A stretch of DNA of 64,000 bases, from positions 63,116,001 to 63,180,000 of the forward strand of contig NW_024704744.1 of assembly GCF_018977255.1 (NCBI RefSeq). Reading direction: 5' to 3'. The translations under genes were made by a program, and so were the position numbers. Below, piece after piece: positions 39,101-49,150 of the stretch (position 1 is the stretch's first letter; every line of letters begins with the position of its first letter). A model generated the notes under the pieces. That model was given only the letters and a program-made list of their open reading frames with translations, did not search any database and had not been told where the DNA came from. The stretch comes from Callorhinchus milii (taxonomy: Eukaryota).

Positions 39101-42100
39101 CTAAAAACAAATTAAATATCATGGCTCATGAAGGTCAAAGGACTGGTGTGGAAAATAAGAAAATATGGAAATGGAATACAAGGGAAATAAACATTAGGAG
39201 GAGTCGCAAAGCATTTCATATAGCTGGCTGCGTACCCAAGATGGGAGGCGGGGAGGGGAAAGGGTGCTGAGGAAGGGGGAAAAGACGACCAAAAGTAGTC
39301 ATAAATAAGTTGTAAGATGGTTTCGAAGGTGGGAGGCAGCGGCGGGGTGGAGGAACTCTAGAATGGAGTTCCAGAGAGCAAGGGCAGAATGGCTGAAAGC
39401 TCTCCCACTAATGGTGGAGTGGATCAGGCTGGGGACACAAAGCAGACAATGTTTGCTGAGGGATTTAGAGGGATTTGAATTCAAGGTTAAGGATCTCAAA
39501 TTTAGTCCAATGGGGAATGAGGAGCCAAGCGGCGAAGGCAACGGAAAATGACACAAGCCTGGGACTGAAGAGGACACTGGCTACAGAGTTCTGGATGGTT
39601 TGAAGCTTGTGTAGGAAGAAGCTGGGAAGTCCGGTGACTAGGACATTGGAATAATCAAGCCTGAACATGATGAAGACATGAATGCGGGTCTCAGCAGCCC
39701 CAGGGAAGATGGAGTGGCAGAGATAGACAATGCGGTAGAGATGAGGGAAAGCTGAGCAAGTATGACACAGGATGCGACACATTTGGGTGTCAAACAAGAC
39801 ACCAAGATCCTGCACCGACCGTGTGTGATGGAATGAGAATCCGCGCAGGACGATGTGGGCAGAGCCTGAGCTGATGGGAACCAAGAAGAGCCTCAGTATT
39901 GTTTAATGACGAAAGTTAAAGCTCATCCGGGATTTAATGCCTGTCAGGTAATTGGACAGAACAGCCTGCAGTAGCTAAATATCTTACCAATGCCTGCAGC
40001 AGCTAAGTACTGTGCAGCTGGACAACCTAGCCCTCCACATCCCACTATCAAAACAGCTTTCTTGGACAGGTTGAGTTGACCTAGAAACATAAAAAAATAA
40101 AAATAATCAGTTTGAAAAACTAAATCTTAAACACTGAAAAACACTTCAAATCACAGAACAGATAGAGAGGTGTGTACCTAGCATTGGTAAGGTAAACACA
40201 CTATTCTTATACTAAGACGATGGCGCCAGTAAAATTCACAAATTTTAAGTGCACACAGAAATAAAAGTCCTTCCTTAAAAAGAACACAATCTGTACTTTA
40301 AAAAAAAAGGTTGTTCCTATCGGATATCAATCGATAAAAAGAACTCATTAAATGTTACCTCATCATTTGTATTCTAAGATTGTTAGTATTTTATATTTAA
40401 AGTGCACCATATTGTAGAAAGAAATTACAGTAATGTATATCATACAGATGAGGAATAACATAAATCAGAGGGGATCCACCTTTTGGCTACTGAGGGCTGG
40501 ATTCCCTATTCGAGAAATGTCCGCAGGCCGTATAAGCAATATTTTTGCGTTTCCTTTCCAGAATCATAACATTTACACAGCACCTTTTTCATATCGGAAG
40601 CACGTCTCGAAGCGTTCAACACTGCCAGCTGGGTAACTGAGCTGGGGATGGGAGCTGAAGGAGGTGGGATAGAGAGGGAAAAATGTGACCAAAAGCGTGG
40701 TCAAAGAGTTAGGTCTTGATGTGCCTTGAAAGAGGGAAGGGAGAGAGCACGTCAGAGGGACTATGGGAATTGAGCTTCACAGAACAGGGGTAAAATGGTG
40801 ATGTTAGGGCAGGTGGGATGAGGAGACCTGAAGCAAGCCGGTGTTTGCTGGGCCAAGGGAACTTCATAATGAAATATTTAATCTTACAATTTAAATGTAT
40901 TCTAAAACTGTAGTACCTTTGACTCCTAGTTCTGGAAGGACAAGCTGCCTGCTGTATCTCATTATTTCTTCTTGAGAGAGAGATGATTTTTCTCTCAACG
41001 AAGCAACCTTCGTTACTTGTGTAGCTAAAGACATGTTTCTGGGTTCAGCAAAGGTACAACACGATTTCTGAAAAGCAATCAAATTTTTACCAAGCAGCAA
41101 TAGGAAAACAAGTCCACGAGCCCTGGCACCTGAGCTCAGCAGTCTTAATACCTACAACACAAACTACATTTCAACACAATTAAAATGATGGAAACATTTC
41201 TAAGTGCATCTATCAGTTAGTGATACACTGAAGTATCCCGGCCCCCAGACAAAATTGTTCATGGCTGCTTGTGGGACATTTCCATGCACAAATTAGCTGC
41301 AAAACTACAAAACTAGTCACTGCACGTTACAGTAAATCACGTGAAGCACTTTGAGAAGTTCTCCTGGCATTAAAAGCACTATATCAAATGCAAGATTATT
41401 ATTTTGATATAGGTACCCTTAAAAAGCATTCCAGAGAATAAAAAGATGCAAAAGACTTTAATCTTTAAAAAGGATGCTGATCAACGCTCAATTCTAAGTA
41501 TTTCTTCTTTAAAAGAAGTATTCTTCCAAGTGCTGTGTTGTTTCATTAAACAGGTCTTTTGGCATACAAATATTCCCAAGGTCAGCCTCAGAGTACTGAT
41601 AATAAAGCAAGGATTCTCTGGTGCCCACTGACCTACAATCAGATCAGGAGGCAGGATATTCTATTATCAAAATATTCTCCTATCCATTTAGGCAATTTGT
41701 TTAATTTCATACATTTTCAAATTTATGCCCTTTTTCGTTTTTTTTTAATTTCTAAGAAAAGGCCTGGAAGCTGTGTTTAAGCACTCCAGAGAAAGAACAT
41801 CCCTATGGAATCTTCCTAACAAGACATAATAGTGGGGTCTGTTATGTCAATTGATTAAATCACATATAAATGTATTTGTACTGTACTATGCGCATGATTT
41901 ACACAACTTATAACAACACTTGCATTTGGTGCACCACTTTATCAGATTATTGAGAGGTCTCAAAGCGCTTCACAAGATGTTATTGTGAAGTGTAGTGACA
42001 GTGTGCACTCTGCAGGCAAACTCATTCACATCATGGCTGGTTGTGGGCCCTCCGCACACAGCAATGGACCACAAACAGCCATGAAGTCGATGACCAATTT

Positions 42101-45100
42101 TATCTGGGGGATTGTTGGCTTGGACACCGGGAGAGCCTCCCTAATTGATATAGTAGACCTCAATAAAAATATACCGGCTTCCTTGAATAATGGGATGGGT
42201 AAATGCCGACTTCTCAAGTAGAATAGGAGATTAAACCTGCTATTTTTTTTATTTATTAGCTTTTTATTGGCTACTTGCAGTGTAGCTCCGGGACGCTAAC
42301 CCACACGAAGGGTGCTATATAAATCCAAGTTATTCTTCTTATTTTGAAAAAGGGAAGCAGATAGTACTGCCAATCCATATTATACCTTAAATCAGCACAC
42401 TGTCAAGACACCACTCCTAATATTCTCCAAAATTAGGTAAACAGGAATCAGCCCTCCAGGTAAGGGTCCGCATTCCATTCAACAACACCAACTTGTACTT
42501 ATATAGCGCCTCCACGCAGGGTAGAGTCTCAGAGACAATCCTGGCAAAAAGCACGGTTTGGCAGCTTTTCTCAAGGGAATGCAGCCTAATTACTGATCTC
42601 AACTGGTTCTGTAGAGAAATTCAAGGTCAAGTAAAACATATCAAACTCTTGTATCCATTGTTGGAGCCTGAGAAGCTCTGGGCGTAGTGAGAGCACTCTC
42701 AGCTCGGAGTCACTTGTGGGTTCAAGCCCCATGTCAGGATTTTGATCTCACACAGTGAGATCTCTCAAATGATCTCTCAAGTGCGGTGCTGGAAGTCATC
42801 GTGACTTGTACTGTATTTTGTGTATTTATATACAGTGTGCATATATGTATTGACTCCCGATATATGCATCCATATGACATCTTACATGTAGAATGTGCAT
42901 TTCTGTGTGTAATAATGTGATTGTATGTGTGTATACAGTGTGTAGTAATGTAAATATATATTGCATGTGTGTATACTGTGTAGTTATGTAAATGTACACG
43001 GTGTATGTATATATTTTGTGTAGTAATGTAAAGCGATATTGTGTGTGTATACTGTGTACTAATGTAAATGTATATTGTGTATATACTATGTGTAATAATG
43101 TAAATGTACATTGTACGTATATTGTGCATTGATATGAAGGTGTATACATAATGTGTCTAACTGTATACACAGTATGTACTAATGTAAATGGGAATTGTGT
43201 GTGTATATACTGTGTGCAGTAATGTAAATGTGTATATATACTCTGTAACTGTATATACTGTGTGTAAACATGTACATATACTGTGTGCAAACTCTCTGCT
43301 TGTCAGCCTCCCCAACTCCTCCCTCCATAGGCTGCCGATCATCCAGAACTCTGCAACCGGTGTCCATTCCCACACTAGGCTCTGTGACCCTATCACCCGC
43401 CATACTCACCCAACTCCACTGGTTCCCATCACACCGAGGATACAGTTCAAGATCCTGGTCTTCACCTTCAAAGCCCTCCATGGCCTCACTCCGCCCTACC
43501 TCTGCCACCAGCTAACCCCTACAAAACCTGTCCGCTGCCTCCGCTCAGCAGGCTCCGCATTGCTTCATGTCCCCCAGCTCGCCTGCCATTGGTGATGCAG
43601 AGTTGTATATACACTGTGTGTAGTGATGGAGAGGTGTATACACACCGTGTCTAGTGATGGAGGTGTATACACACCGTGTGTAGTGATGGAGAGGTGTATA
43701 CACTGTGTGTCGTGATGGAGAGGGGTATACACTGTGTGTAGTGATGGAGAGGTATATACACTGTGTGTAGTGATGGAGAGGGGTATACACTGTGTGTAGT
43801 GATGGAGAGGGGTATACACTGTATGTAGTGATGGAGAGGGGTATATGCACTGTGTGTAGTGATGGAGAGGGGTATACGCTGTGTGTAGTGATGGAGAGGG
43901 GTATATGCACTGTGTGTAGTGATGGAGAGGGGTATACACTGTGTGTAGTGATGGAGAGGTATATACACTGTGTGTAGTGATGGAGAGGGGTATATACTGT
44001 GTGTAGTGATGGAGAGAGGTATATGCACTGTGTGTAGTGATGGAGAGGGGTATATGCACTGTGTGTAGTGATGGAGAGGGGTATATACTGTGTGTAGTGA
44101 TGGAGAGGGGTATATACTGTGTGTAGTGATGGAGAGGGGTATACACTGTGTGTAGTGATGGAGAGGGGTATACACTGTGTGTAGTGATGGAGAGGGGTAT
44201 ATACTGTGTGTAGTGATGGAGAGAGGTATATGCACTGTGTGTAGTGATGGAGAGGGGTATATGCACTGTGTGTAGTGATGGAGAGGGGTATATACTGTGT
44301 GTAGTGATGGAGAGGGGTATACACTGTGTGTAGTGATGGAGAGGGGTATACACTGTGTGTAGTGATGGAGAGGGGTATACACTGTGTGTAGTGATGGAGA
44401 GGGGTATACACTGTGTGTAGTGATGGAGAGGGGTATATACTGTGTGTAGTGATGGAGAGGGGTATACACTGTGTGTAGTGATGGAGAGGGGTATACACTG
44501 TGTGTAGTGATGGAGAGGGGTATACGCTGTGTGTAGTGATGGAGAGGGGTATACGTTGTGTGTAGTGATGGAGAGAGGTATATACACTGTGTGTAGTGAT
44601 GGAGAGGTGTATACACTGTGTGTAGTGATGGAGAGGGGTATACACTGTGTGTAGTGATGGAGAGAGGTATATACACTGTGTGTAGTGATGGAGAGGGGTA
44701 TACACTGTGTGTAGTGATGGAGAGGGGTATACACTGTGTGTAGTGATGGAGAGGGGTATACACTGTGTGTAGTGATGGAGAGGGGTATACACTGTGTGTA
44801 GTGATGGAGAGGGGTATATACACTGTGTGTAGTGATGGAGAGGGGTATACACTGTGTGTAGTGATGGAGAGGGGTATACACTGTGTGTAGTGATGGAGAG
44901 GGGTATACACTGTGTGTAGTGATGGAGAGGGGTATACACTGTGTGTAGTGATGGAGAGGGGTATACACTGTGTGTAGTGATGGAGAGGGTATATACACTG
45001 TGTGTAGTGATGGAGAGGGGTATACACTGTGTGTAGTGATGGAGAGGGGTATACACTGTGTGTAGTGATGGAGAGGGGTATACACTGTGTGTAGTGATGG

Positions 45101-45708
45101 AGAGGGGTATACGCTGTGTGTAGTGATGGAGAGGGGTATACACTGTGTGTAGTGATGGAGAGGGGTATACACTGTGTGTAGTGATGGAGAGGTATATACA
45201 CTGTGTGTAGTGATGGAGAGGGGTATACACTGTGTGTAGTGATGGAGAGGGGTATACGTTGTGTGTAGTGATGGAGAGAGGTATATATACTGTGTGTAGT
45301 GATGGAGAGGGGTATACACTGTGTGTAGTGATGGAGAGGGGTATACACTGTGTGTAGTGATGGAGAGGGGTATACGCTGTGTGTAGTGATGGAGAGGGGT
45401 ATACACTGTGTGTAGTGATGGAGAGGGGTATACACTGTGTGTAGTGATGGAGAGGGTATACACTGTGTGTAGTGATGGAGAGGGGTATATACTGTGTGTA
45501 GTGATGGAGAGGGGTATACACTGTGTGTAGTGATGGAGAGAGGTATATACACTGTGTGTAGTGATGGAGAGGGGTATATGTGGGGGGCGGGGCCCGGTAC
45601 CTGCTGCAGCTGCTCCATCGCGGCTCTGAGCCCCGCCACCTCCGCCTCCTTGTCGCGCAGCTCCTGCCGCAGCCTTGCCATCTCCCTCTGACTCTCCGCC
45701 GCCTCCAT
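20965..45708 (-). CDS. MOCS3: Adenylyltransferase and sulfurtransferase MOCS3/UBA4, complete 13-exon gene, 471 aa
   Basis: Exons of 108,151,93,121,75,118,109,63,164,48,97,111,158 nt join in frame (1416 nt). MoeB/ThiF motifs [37 protein letters not shown]; rhodanese DVRP, CKQGND; C-terminal FPQY-stop. Confidence 0.96.
21251..21641. mobile_element. Non-autonomous Tc1/mariner-pogo (Tigger-like) MITE in MOCS3 intron 12
   Basis: TA|CAGTAGAAC...GTTTCTACTG|TA terminal inverted repeats with TA duplication; sub-terminal GAGGTGAC...GATTACTGA motifs. Confidence 0.75.
23895..24250 (-). mobile_element. SINE (long subfamily), rearranged
   Basis: Tail 23895-24040, body to about 24190, second tail piece to 24250. 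Confidence 0.8.
25815..26175 (-). mobile_element. Deu-like SINE
   Basis: CAAACAGTGCAATGGGATCTTTAACATC...CCTCGGTTTAA core plus tail. Confidence 0.65.
26441..26551 (-). CDS. MOCS3: MOCS3 exon 12
   Basis: [37 protein letters not shown]; phases 1/1 fit both neighbours. Confidence 0.85.
26735..26990 (+). mobile_element. CR1 3'-end remnant
   Basis: AGGAATTTTTTCATGCAG...AGGGTGGTGGAGGCAGAGTC...GACAGACCGAATGATCTCCT. Confidence 0.65.
27058..27427 (-). mobile_element. Full-length tRNA-derived SINE (long subfamily)
   Basis: Same head and tail plus an extra CTGTTTACCTAGCAGTAAGTAGGAACC segment. Confidence 0.92.
27741..28080 (+). mobile_element. Full-length tRNA-derived SINE (long subfamily, diverged)
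   Basis: GGAGTCCTGGAGCTCAGTGGTTAGAG head, ATCAAATGCAAGGATTATT tail. Confidence 0.9.
30007..30103 (-). CDS. MOCS3: MOCS3 exon 11 (start of rhodanese domain)
   Basis: [32 protein letters not shown], donor GTATCTTTTT. Confidence 0.93.
31291..31338 (-). CDS. MOCS3: MOCS3 exon 10
   Basis: [24 protein letters not shown]. Confidence 0.9.
31615..31863 (+). mobile_element. 5'-truncated SINE
   Basis: GATTCCCAGCAGGGCAAAACCTTGGGCAAG body through (ATT)n tail. Confidence 0.85.
32445..32608 (-). CDS. MOCS3: MOCS3 exon 9
   Basis: [55 protein letters not shown], donor GTCAGT. Confidence 0.94.
33117..33433 (+). mobile_element. Full-length SINE (short subfamily) with probable 9-bp target-site duplication
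   Basis: Flanked by CTTGTACTT (33108-33116) and CTTGCACTT (33434-33442). Confidence 0.93.
33912..34140 (-). mobile_element. SINE 3' fragment
   Basis: TTGCATTTGATAGAGCACCTTATCAC...TGTCCCACAAA. Confidence 0.7.
34575..34637 (-). CDS. MOCS3: MOCS3 exon 8
   Basis: [21 protein letters not shown], donor GTATCTTTT. Confidence 0.93.
35413..35521 (-). CDS. MOCS3: MOCS3 exon 7
   Basis: [44 protein letters not shown]. Confidence 0.96.
36091..36208 (-). CDS. MOCS3: MOCS3 exon 6
   Basis: [39 protein letters not shown], donor GTAATG; preceded by TTCTTAAC branch site and AT rather than AG. Confidence 0.9.
36291..36365 (-). CDS. MOCS3: MOCS3 exon 5
   Basis: [25 protein letters not shown], ends at U12-type donor GTATCCTTTT. 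Confidence 0.9.
37190..37790 (-). mobile_element. Cluster of SINE tails and a Deu-like SINE
   Basis: Tails at about 37195 and 37370; GGACACCGGGGAAAA...GCCATGAGGTATTTAACAT core. Confidence 0.65.
38086..38400 (+). mobile_element. Full-length SINE, CGC-anticodon head, short body
   Basis: CTCGCTTCGCAAGCGAG anticodon arm; shared body and tail. Confidence 0.9.
38640..38760 (-). CDS. MOCS3: MOCS3 exon 4
   Basis: [48 protein letters not shown]. Confidence 0.96.
39195..39960 (-). mobile_element. L2 LINE 3' fragment in MOCS3 intron 3
   Basis: DLGVLFD...[12 protein letters not shown]...KLQ.IQNS. Confidence 0.85.
39988..40080 (-). CDS. MOCS3: MOCS3 exon 3 (nucleotide-binding loop)
   Basis: [38 protein letters not shown] boundaries. 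Confidence 0.96.
40575..40860 (-). mobile_element. L2 LINE 3'-end remnant
   Basis: Tail CATTTACACAGCACC...TCGAAGCGTT followed by purine-rich L2-like sequence. Confidence 0.55.
40917..41067 (-). CDS. MOCS3: MOCS3 exon 2
   Basis: ttttcag|KSCCTF...[22 protein letters not shown]|GTACT. Confidence 0.92.
41910..42140 (-). mobile_element. SINE 3' fragment
   Basis: GTCTCAAAGCGCTTCACA...ACAAACAGCCATG...GGACACCGGGAGA. Confidence 0.6.
42810..43288. repeat. Degenerate AT-rich tandem repeat related to the 29-bp unit
   Basis: Recurrent TATACTGTGTGTAGTAATGTAAATG-like units. Confidence 0.75.
43289..43595 (+). mobile_element. L2 LINE internal fragment between the two tandem arrays
   Basis: [13 protein letters not shown]...[22 protein letters not shown]; closely similar to 63145-63445. 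Confidence 0.9.
43605..45580. repeat. 29-bp minisatellite (TACACTGTGTGTAGTGATGGAGAGGGGTA), roughly 65-70 copies, in MOCS3 intron 1
   Basis: Direct periodicity of 29 nt with 28-31 nt variants. Confidence 0.98.
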
Positions 45709-45925
45709 AACCCCTTCAAACCGCCAACCGACACTCCACGTGCCCCGAGCACGGCCGCAGGACACGACAGGAAGTGACATCAGCAGACGGCTGTCTGTCT
45801 GACGGTGTGACCTGACGTCGCCACTGGCGGAAGCTCCTTTACTAAAATGGCCGCCACATTATTGCCCCTTTAGTAAGATGGCTGCCACACTGCTTCCTTT
45901 GCTAAGATGGCCGCCGCACTGCTTC
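45580..45925. promoter_or_regulatory. MOCS3 CpG promoter with E-box, ETS, CRE-like and three YY1-like motifs
   Basis: CACGTG 45737-45742, CAGGAAGTG 45768-45776, TGACGTC 45813-45819, AA(A/G)ATGGC(C/T)GCC three times in 45844-45915. Confidence 0.7.
45601..45708 (-). CDS. MOCS3: MOCS3 exon 1 (coiled-coil N-terminus)
   Basis: [36 protein letters not shown], donor CAG|GTACCG, in a CpG island; an in-frame upstream ATG exists at 45780. Confidence 0.82.
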
Positions 45926-46510
45926 TCTTTTGTTTTGGTCAGCCTGGTACCAGTTATTTGCCAGTTGTCACACCAAGCCTTCAGACCCACTGTTGTAGAT
46001 ATACAAAGCCAACAGAGTGGGTCAGACATAGGAACAAGTGAACCTAATTAATTGCATGAGGCCCAATTGAAATATTAATATTTTAAGCATGGGGCGTGTG
46101 CCTGAGCTGCAGACAGGAAGATGGTCGCAATGCTCTCGTGTATTGCCAGGAAGCTTGCAGAGAGTTTATGGTACCAACCATCTACCCAGGGATGGCTCAA
46201 ACCTATGCTTATCCCTATCTCTGCAATCTCGTCCAGCCATATTCTGTTCATGTCCTTTGACTGTGGTCCACTACAAGTTTCTCAGTGCTCTGACCAACTA
46301 TTGGTTGCTGAGCCTTCAACCACTATACCCCTACTCTGGAACTCTTCCCAAAATCCTTTCACTGTCCACTTTCTATTCCTACATTCAAAACCCTCTTAAA
46401 ACCTCCATCTCTTTTACCATGCCTTTGGTTCAATATCTTCCTCTCCTTCATTTTCAGAGGTCACTGTTGTTGTGAAGTGCTTTGAGACGTTTACCCTACA
46501 TGAAGACTTT

Positions 46511-46799
46511 AGAGCACTCGCTTTGCAAGTGAGAGACCCGAGTTCAATTCCAGGCAGGGCGAAACCTTGGGCAAGTTTCCTTACTCCACACGCCTAATAA
46601 TAATCCCTCCAAAAAAAAAAAATAATTAAATTGGTCATTTTCAATCTACGACTGTTTGTGGGACATTGCTGTGCGCAATTGGCTGCCGCTTTCGCCCACA
46701 AATATACAGTCAATTCACTTTACAGTGTGTTCTGTGAAGCGCTTTGGGACGTCCTCCCGACGTGAAAAGCGCTATATCAAATGCAAGGATTATTATTAT
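46511..46799 (+). mobile_element. SINE, slightly 5'-truncated
   Basis: Near-identical to the 16264 copy. Confidence 0.9.
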
Positions 46800-47029
46800 A
46801 TATATTATATTTATAAGGATAAGTTCCAGTTGATTTCCATCCATCTGTGCAGAACAATGCCAAAGAATAAGAAGCCACTTGGGCAGGTGAGCTTCTTAAA
46901 GGTGGCAGCCACTGCAGTTTAAATAGACATTCCTGAGCAGATTGTTGAAGTATTCGAGCAGCAGTCAATGATGTTTTGGATCGTGGATTTGCAATGCTAC
47001 TTTAAAGGGTAGGAAATAATTATCTTGGC

Positions 47030-47390
47030 ATTATGCAAGGATTATTATTATTATTTGATATAACACCTTTTTACATCATTGAAACATCTCAAAGTGTTTC
47101 ATAGGAAATATTGTAAAGCTCAGTGATTGTGTATTATGTAGGCAAATGTAGCAATCATTTTGCATGCAACAATGTCCCACAAACAGCAAATGTCAATGAC
47201 CAATTTTATTTGGAAGATTAGTTGGCCACAATACTAGAGAAATTTATTGTCCATGGGATCTAAATCCATCCATAAAGGAGGTCCAGGCAGAAAGGACCTC
47301 CTTTTAACATCTCCCCTGAAGGATGGCATCTCAAACAATCCAGTACCATACTGGGATGTCAGCTAGACTATGAGGTTATGGGGTTTGCTT
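47030..47390 (-). mobile_element. Deu-like SINE remnant
   Basis: CCATGGGATCT...TTTAACATCTCCCCTGAAGGATGGCATCTC core plus tail. Confidence 0.6.
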
Positions 47391-47406
47391 AGCAGCAATC
47401 TAACAT

Positions 47407-47733
47407 AATAATAATAATAATAATCCTTGCATTTGATATAGCGCTTTTCACGTCAGGAGGACGTCCCAAAGCGCTTCACAGAACACACTGTAAAGTGAAT
47501 TGACTGTATATTTGTGGGCGAACGCGGCAGCCAATTGCGCACAACAATGTCCCACAAACAGTCGTAGATTGAAAATGACCAATTTAATTATTGTTTTTGG
47601 TTTTTTGGAGGGATTATTATTAGGCTCTGTGTGTAGTAAGGAAACTTGCCCAAGGTTTCGCCCTGTGCCTGGAAATGAACTCAGGTCTCTCACTTGCAAA
47701 GCGAGTGCTCTAACCACTGAGCTACAGGACTCC
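47407..47733 (-). mobile_element. Full-length SINE (short subfamily)
   Basis: Reverse complement of the 16264/33117 type. Confidence 0.93.
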
Positions 47734-48889
47734 ACAAACATGGCAGCTCAAAACATTTTCAGCCGTGATTGGTCAATACTATTATCAAAAAATTAGGAGG
47801 GGAATATTTCAAAACACTTTTTAATTAAGGAACAGCATTTTGATTTCTACATTTCAAACTTGCATCCTTCTGATTGGTGTGCCTTATTGCTGCATTATGT
47901 GGTGCCTTTACATGTCAAGCCATCAGAAAACCTAAATGGAAGATATCCGTTTAAGATGAAAAGCAAGTCATCACATTTATATTTAAGAGATGATTAATAA
48001 CATGCAATCTGCAATCTATTTTCCTAAAAAATTTTTATCTGTTGAGTAGTCCATCGCCAGGCTCATTTTTTGCATTAGCTTTCACCTAAGGATGAACCTG
48101 CCTTCATTGCCCAGTCTGTATTAAAATTTAACCCAATCAGACTGAAGCTTCAGATCCTCAAAGTTGATCATCACAAACAGTTGGATTCCTAATCTTGGAA
48201 ATATAATAAGGGGAAAGAGGTAAATGGAAATCAGGAATTTTCCAACAGGGAAGATAAAGCGGAGGGTGAATAAACCCAAAATATTCTTGGGGACCACCTA
48301 GCGCCTGGCTGCAGGGCTATATTGGCATCACTAAGTGCAGTTTCCACTCTCCTTTTTTTATCTGCTGAACAACATTGTGTGGTCTGGTGGTGGGAAGAAA
48401 GAAAAATAGAATTGTTGAAGGCAATGTGGAGCACAGGATATTGAAGCTCCATCATCTTTTGCCACAGTTGTAAGGTATGGGCTTGCTCCCACAATTTGCC
48501 ATACAAACAGCTACTGCAAGCTGCTGACTGAAGACATTCACAAGGAGTAAAGGAAATTGGAGGTAGGGTTGCTCCTGTCTCCTCTCGTGCAATCTTAGCA
48601 TCTGGCTTCAGAGCAGCATTGAGAGAGGTCAACGAACAGATCATCTACACACCTCCCCTTGTACCTGGGATGGTGGAACCGTAAGGAGAACTACCTTGGC
48701 ATGTTGTTTTGTATCTCCATGAAGGTCAACTCAAATTATGTCACAAAAACCTGAGAGTTGTCTCTTGGCTGGACTCTACTGCTCAGGTTCAAACATTGAA
48801 CTGAAATATAAAATAGAAGGGAAAATTATAATTGTGTGCAATTCATGTCCTAGCACCTCCCTACCTCTCCAACTTGCTTTTACCCCACT

Positions 48890-49150
48890 CCACTACCCAC
48901 ACCCCCTTTACTCAGTTGGCTCCAGCCATCAACACTCCTTAATCAAATTCCACTCTAAATGCTTTCAGCCGATATGCCTCGAAACTCAAACTTTCTGCCT
49001 CAATGCCTTACCTCCTCCGTGCTCACCTTCAGGTCGCATCTGATGACCTTCCTCTTTGACCGTGCCTACAGTCGCCACCCCTCTCCCCTGCTGTTCAGCT
49101 CTGCGGGACGCTACCTTGATGAAGGAAGTTATATAAATGCAAGTTATTTA
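48890..49150 (+). mobile_element. L2 LINE 3' remnant
   Basis: CTTCCTCTTTGACCGTGCCT...GGGACG...TATATAAATGCAAGTT tail. Confidence 0.55.

Noticed and set aside
43605-45580. CRISPR-like appearance of regular 29-bp repeats
   Set aside because: Units are head-to-tail with no unique spacers, there are no cas genes, and the context is a eukaryotic intron
20965-45708. MOCS3 as a pseudogene because one acceptor lacks AG
   Set aside because: All 13 exons are intact with no stops or frameshifts, catalytic motifs are kept, and the odd junction has a complete U12 signature
43545-45780. 632-735 aa ORFs in three minus frames
   Set aside because: Stop-free translation of a 29-bp minisatellite; only 45601-45708 is coding, ending at a GT donor that fits exon 2
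48231-48644. 137-aa minus-strand ORF between MOCS3 and QPCT
   Set aside because: No recognisable homology or exon context
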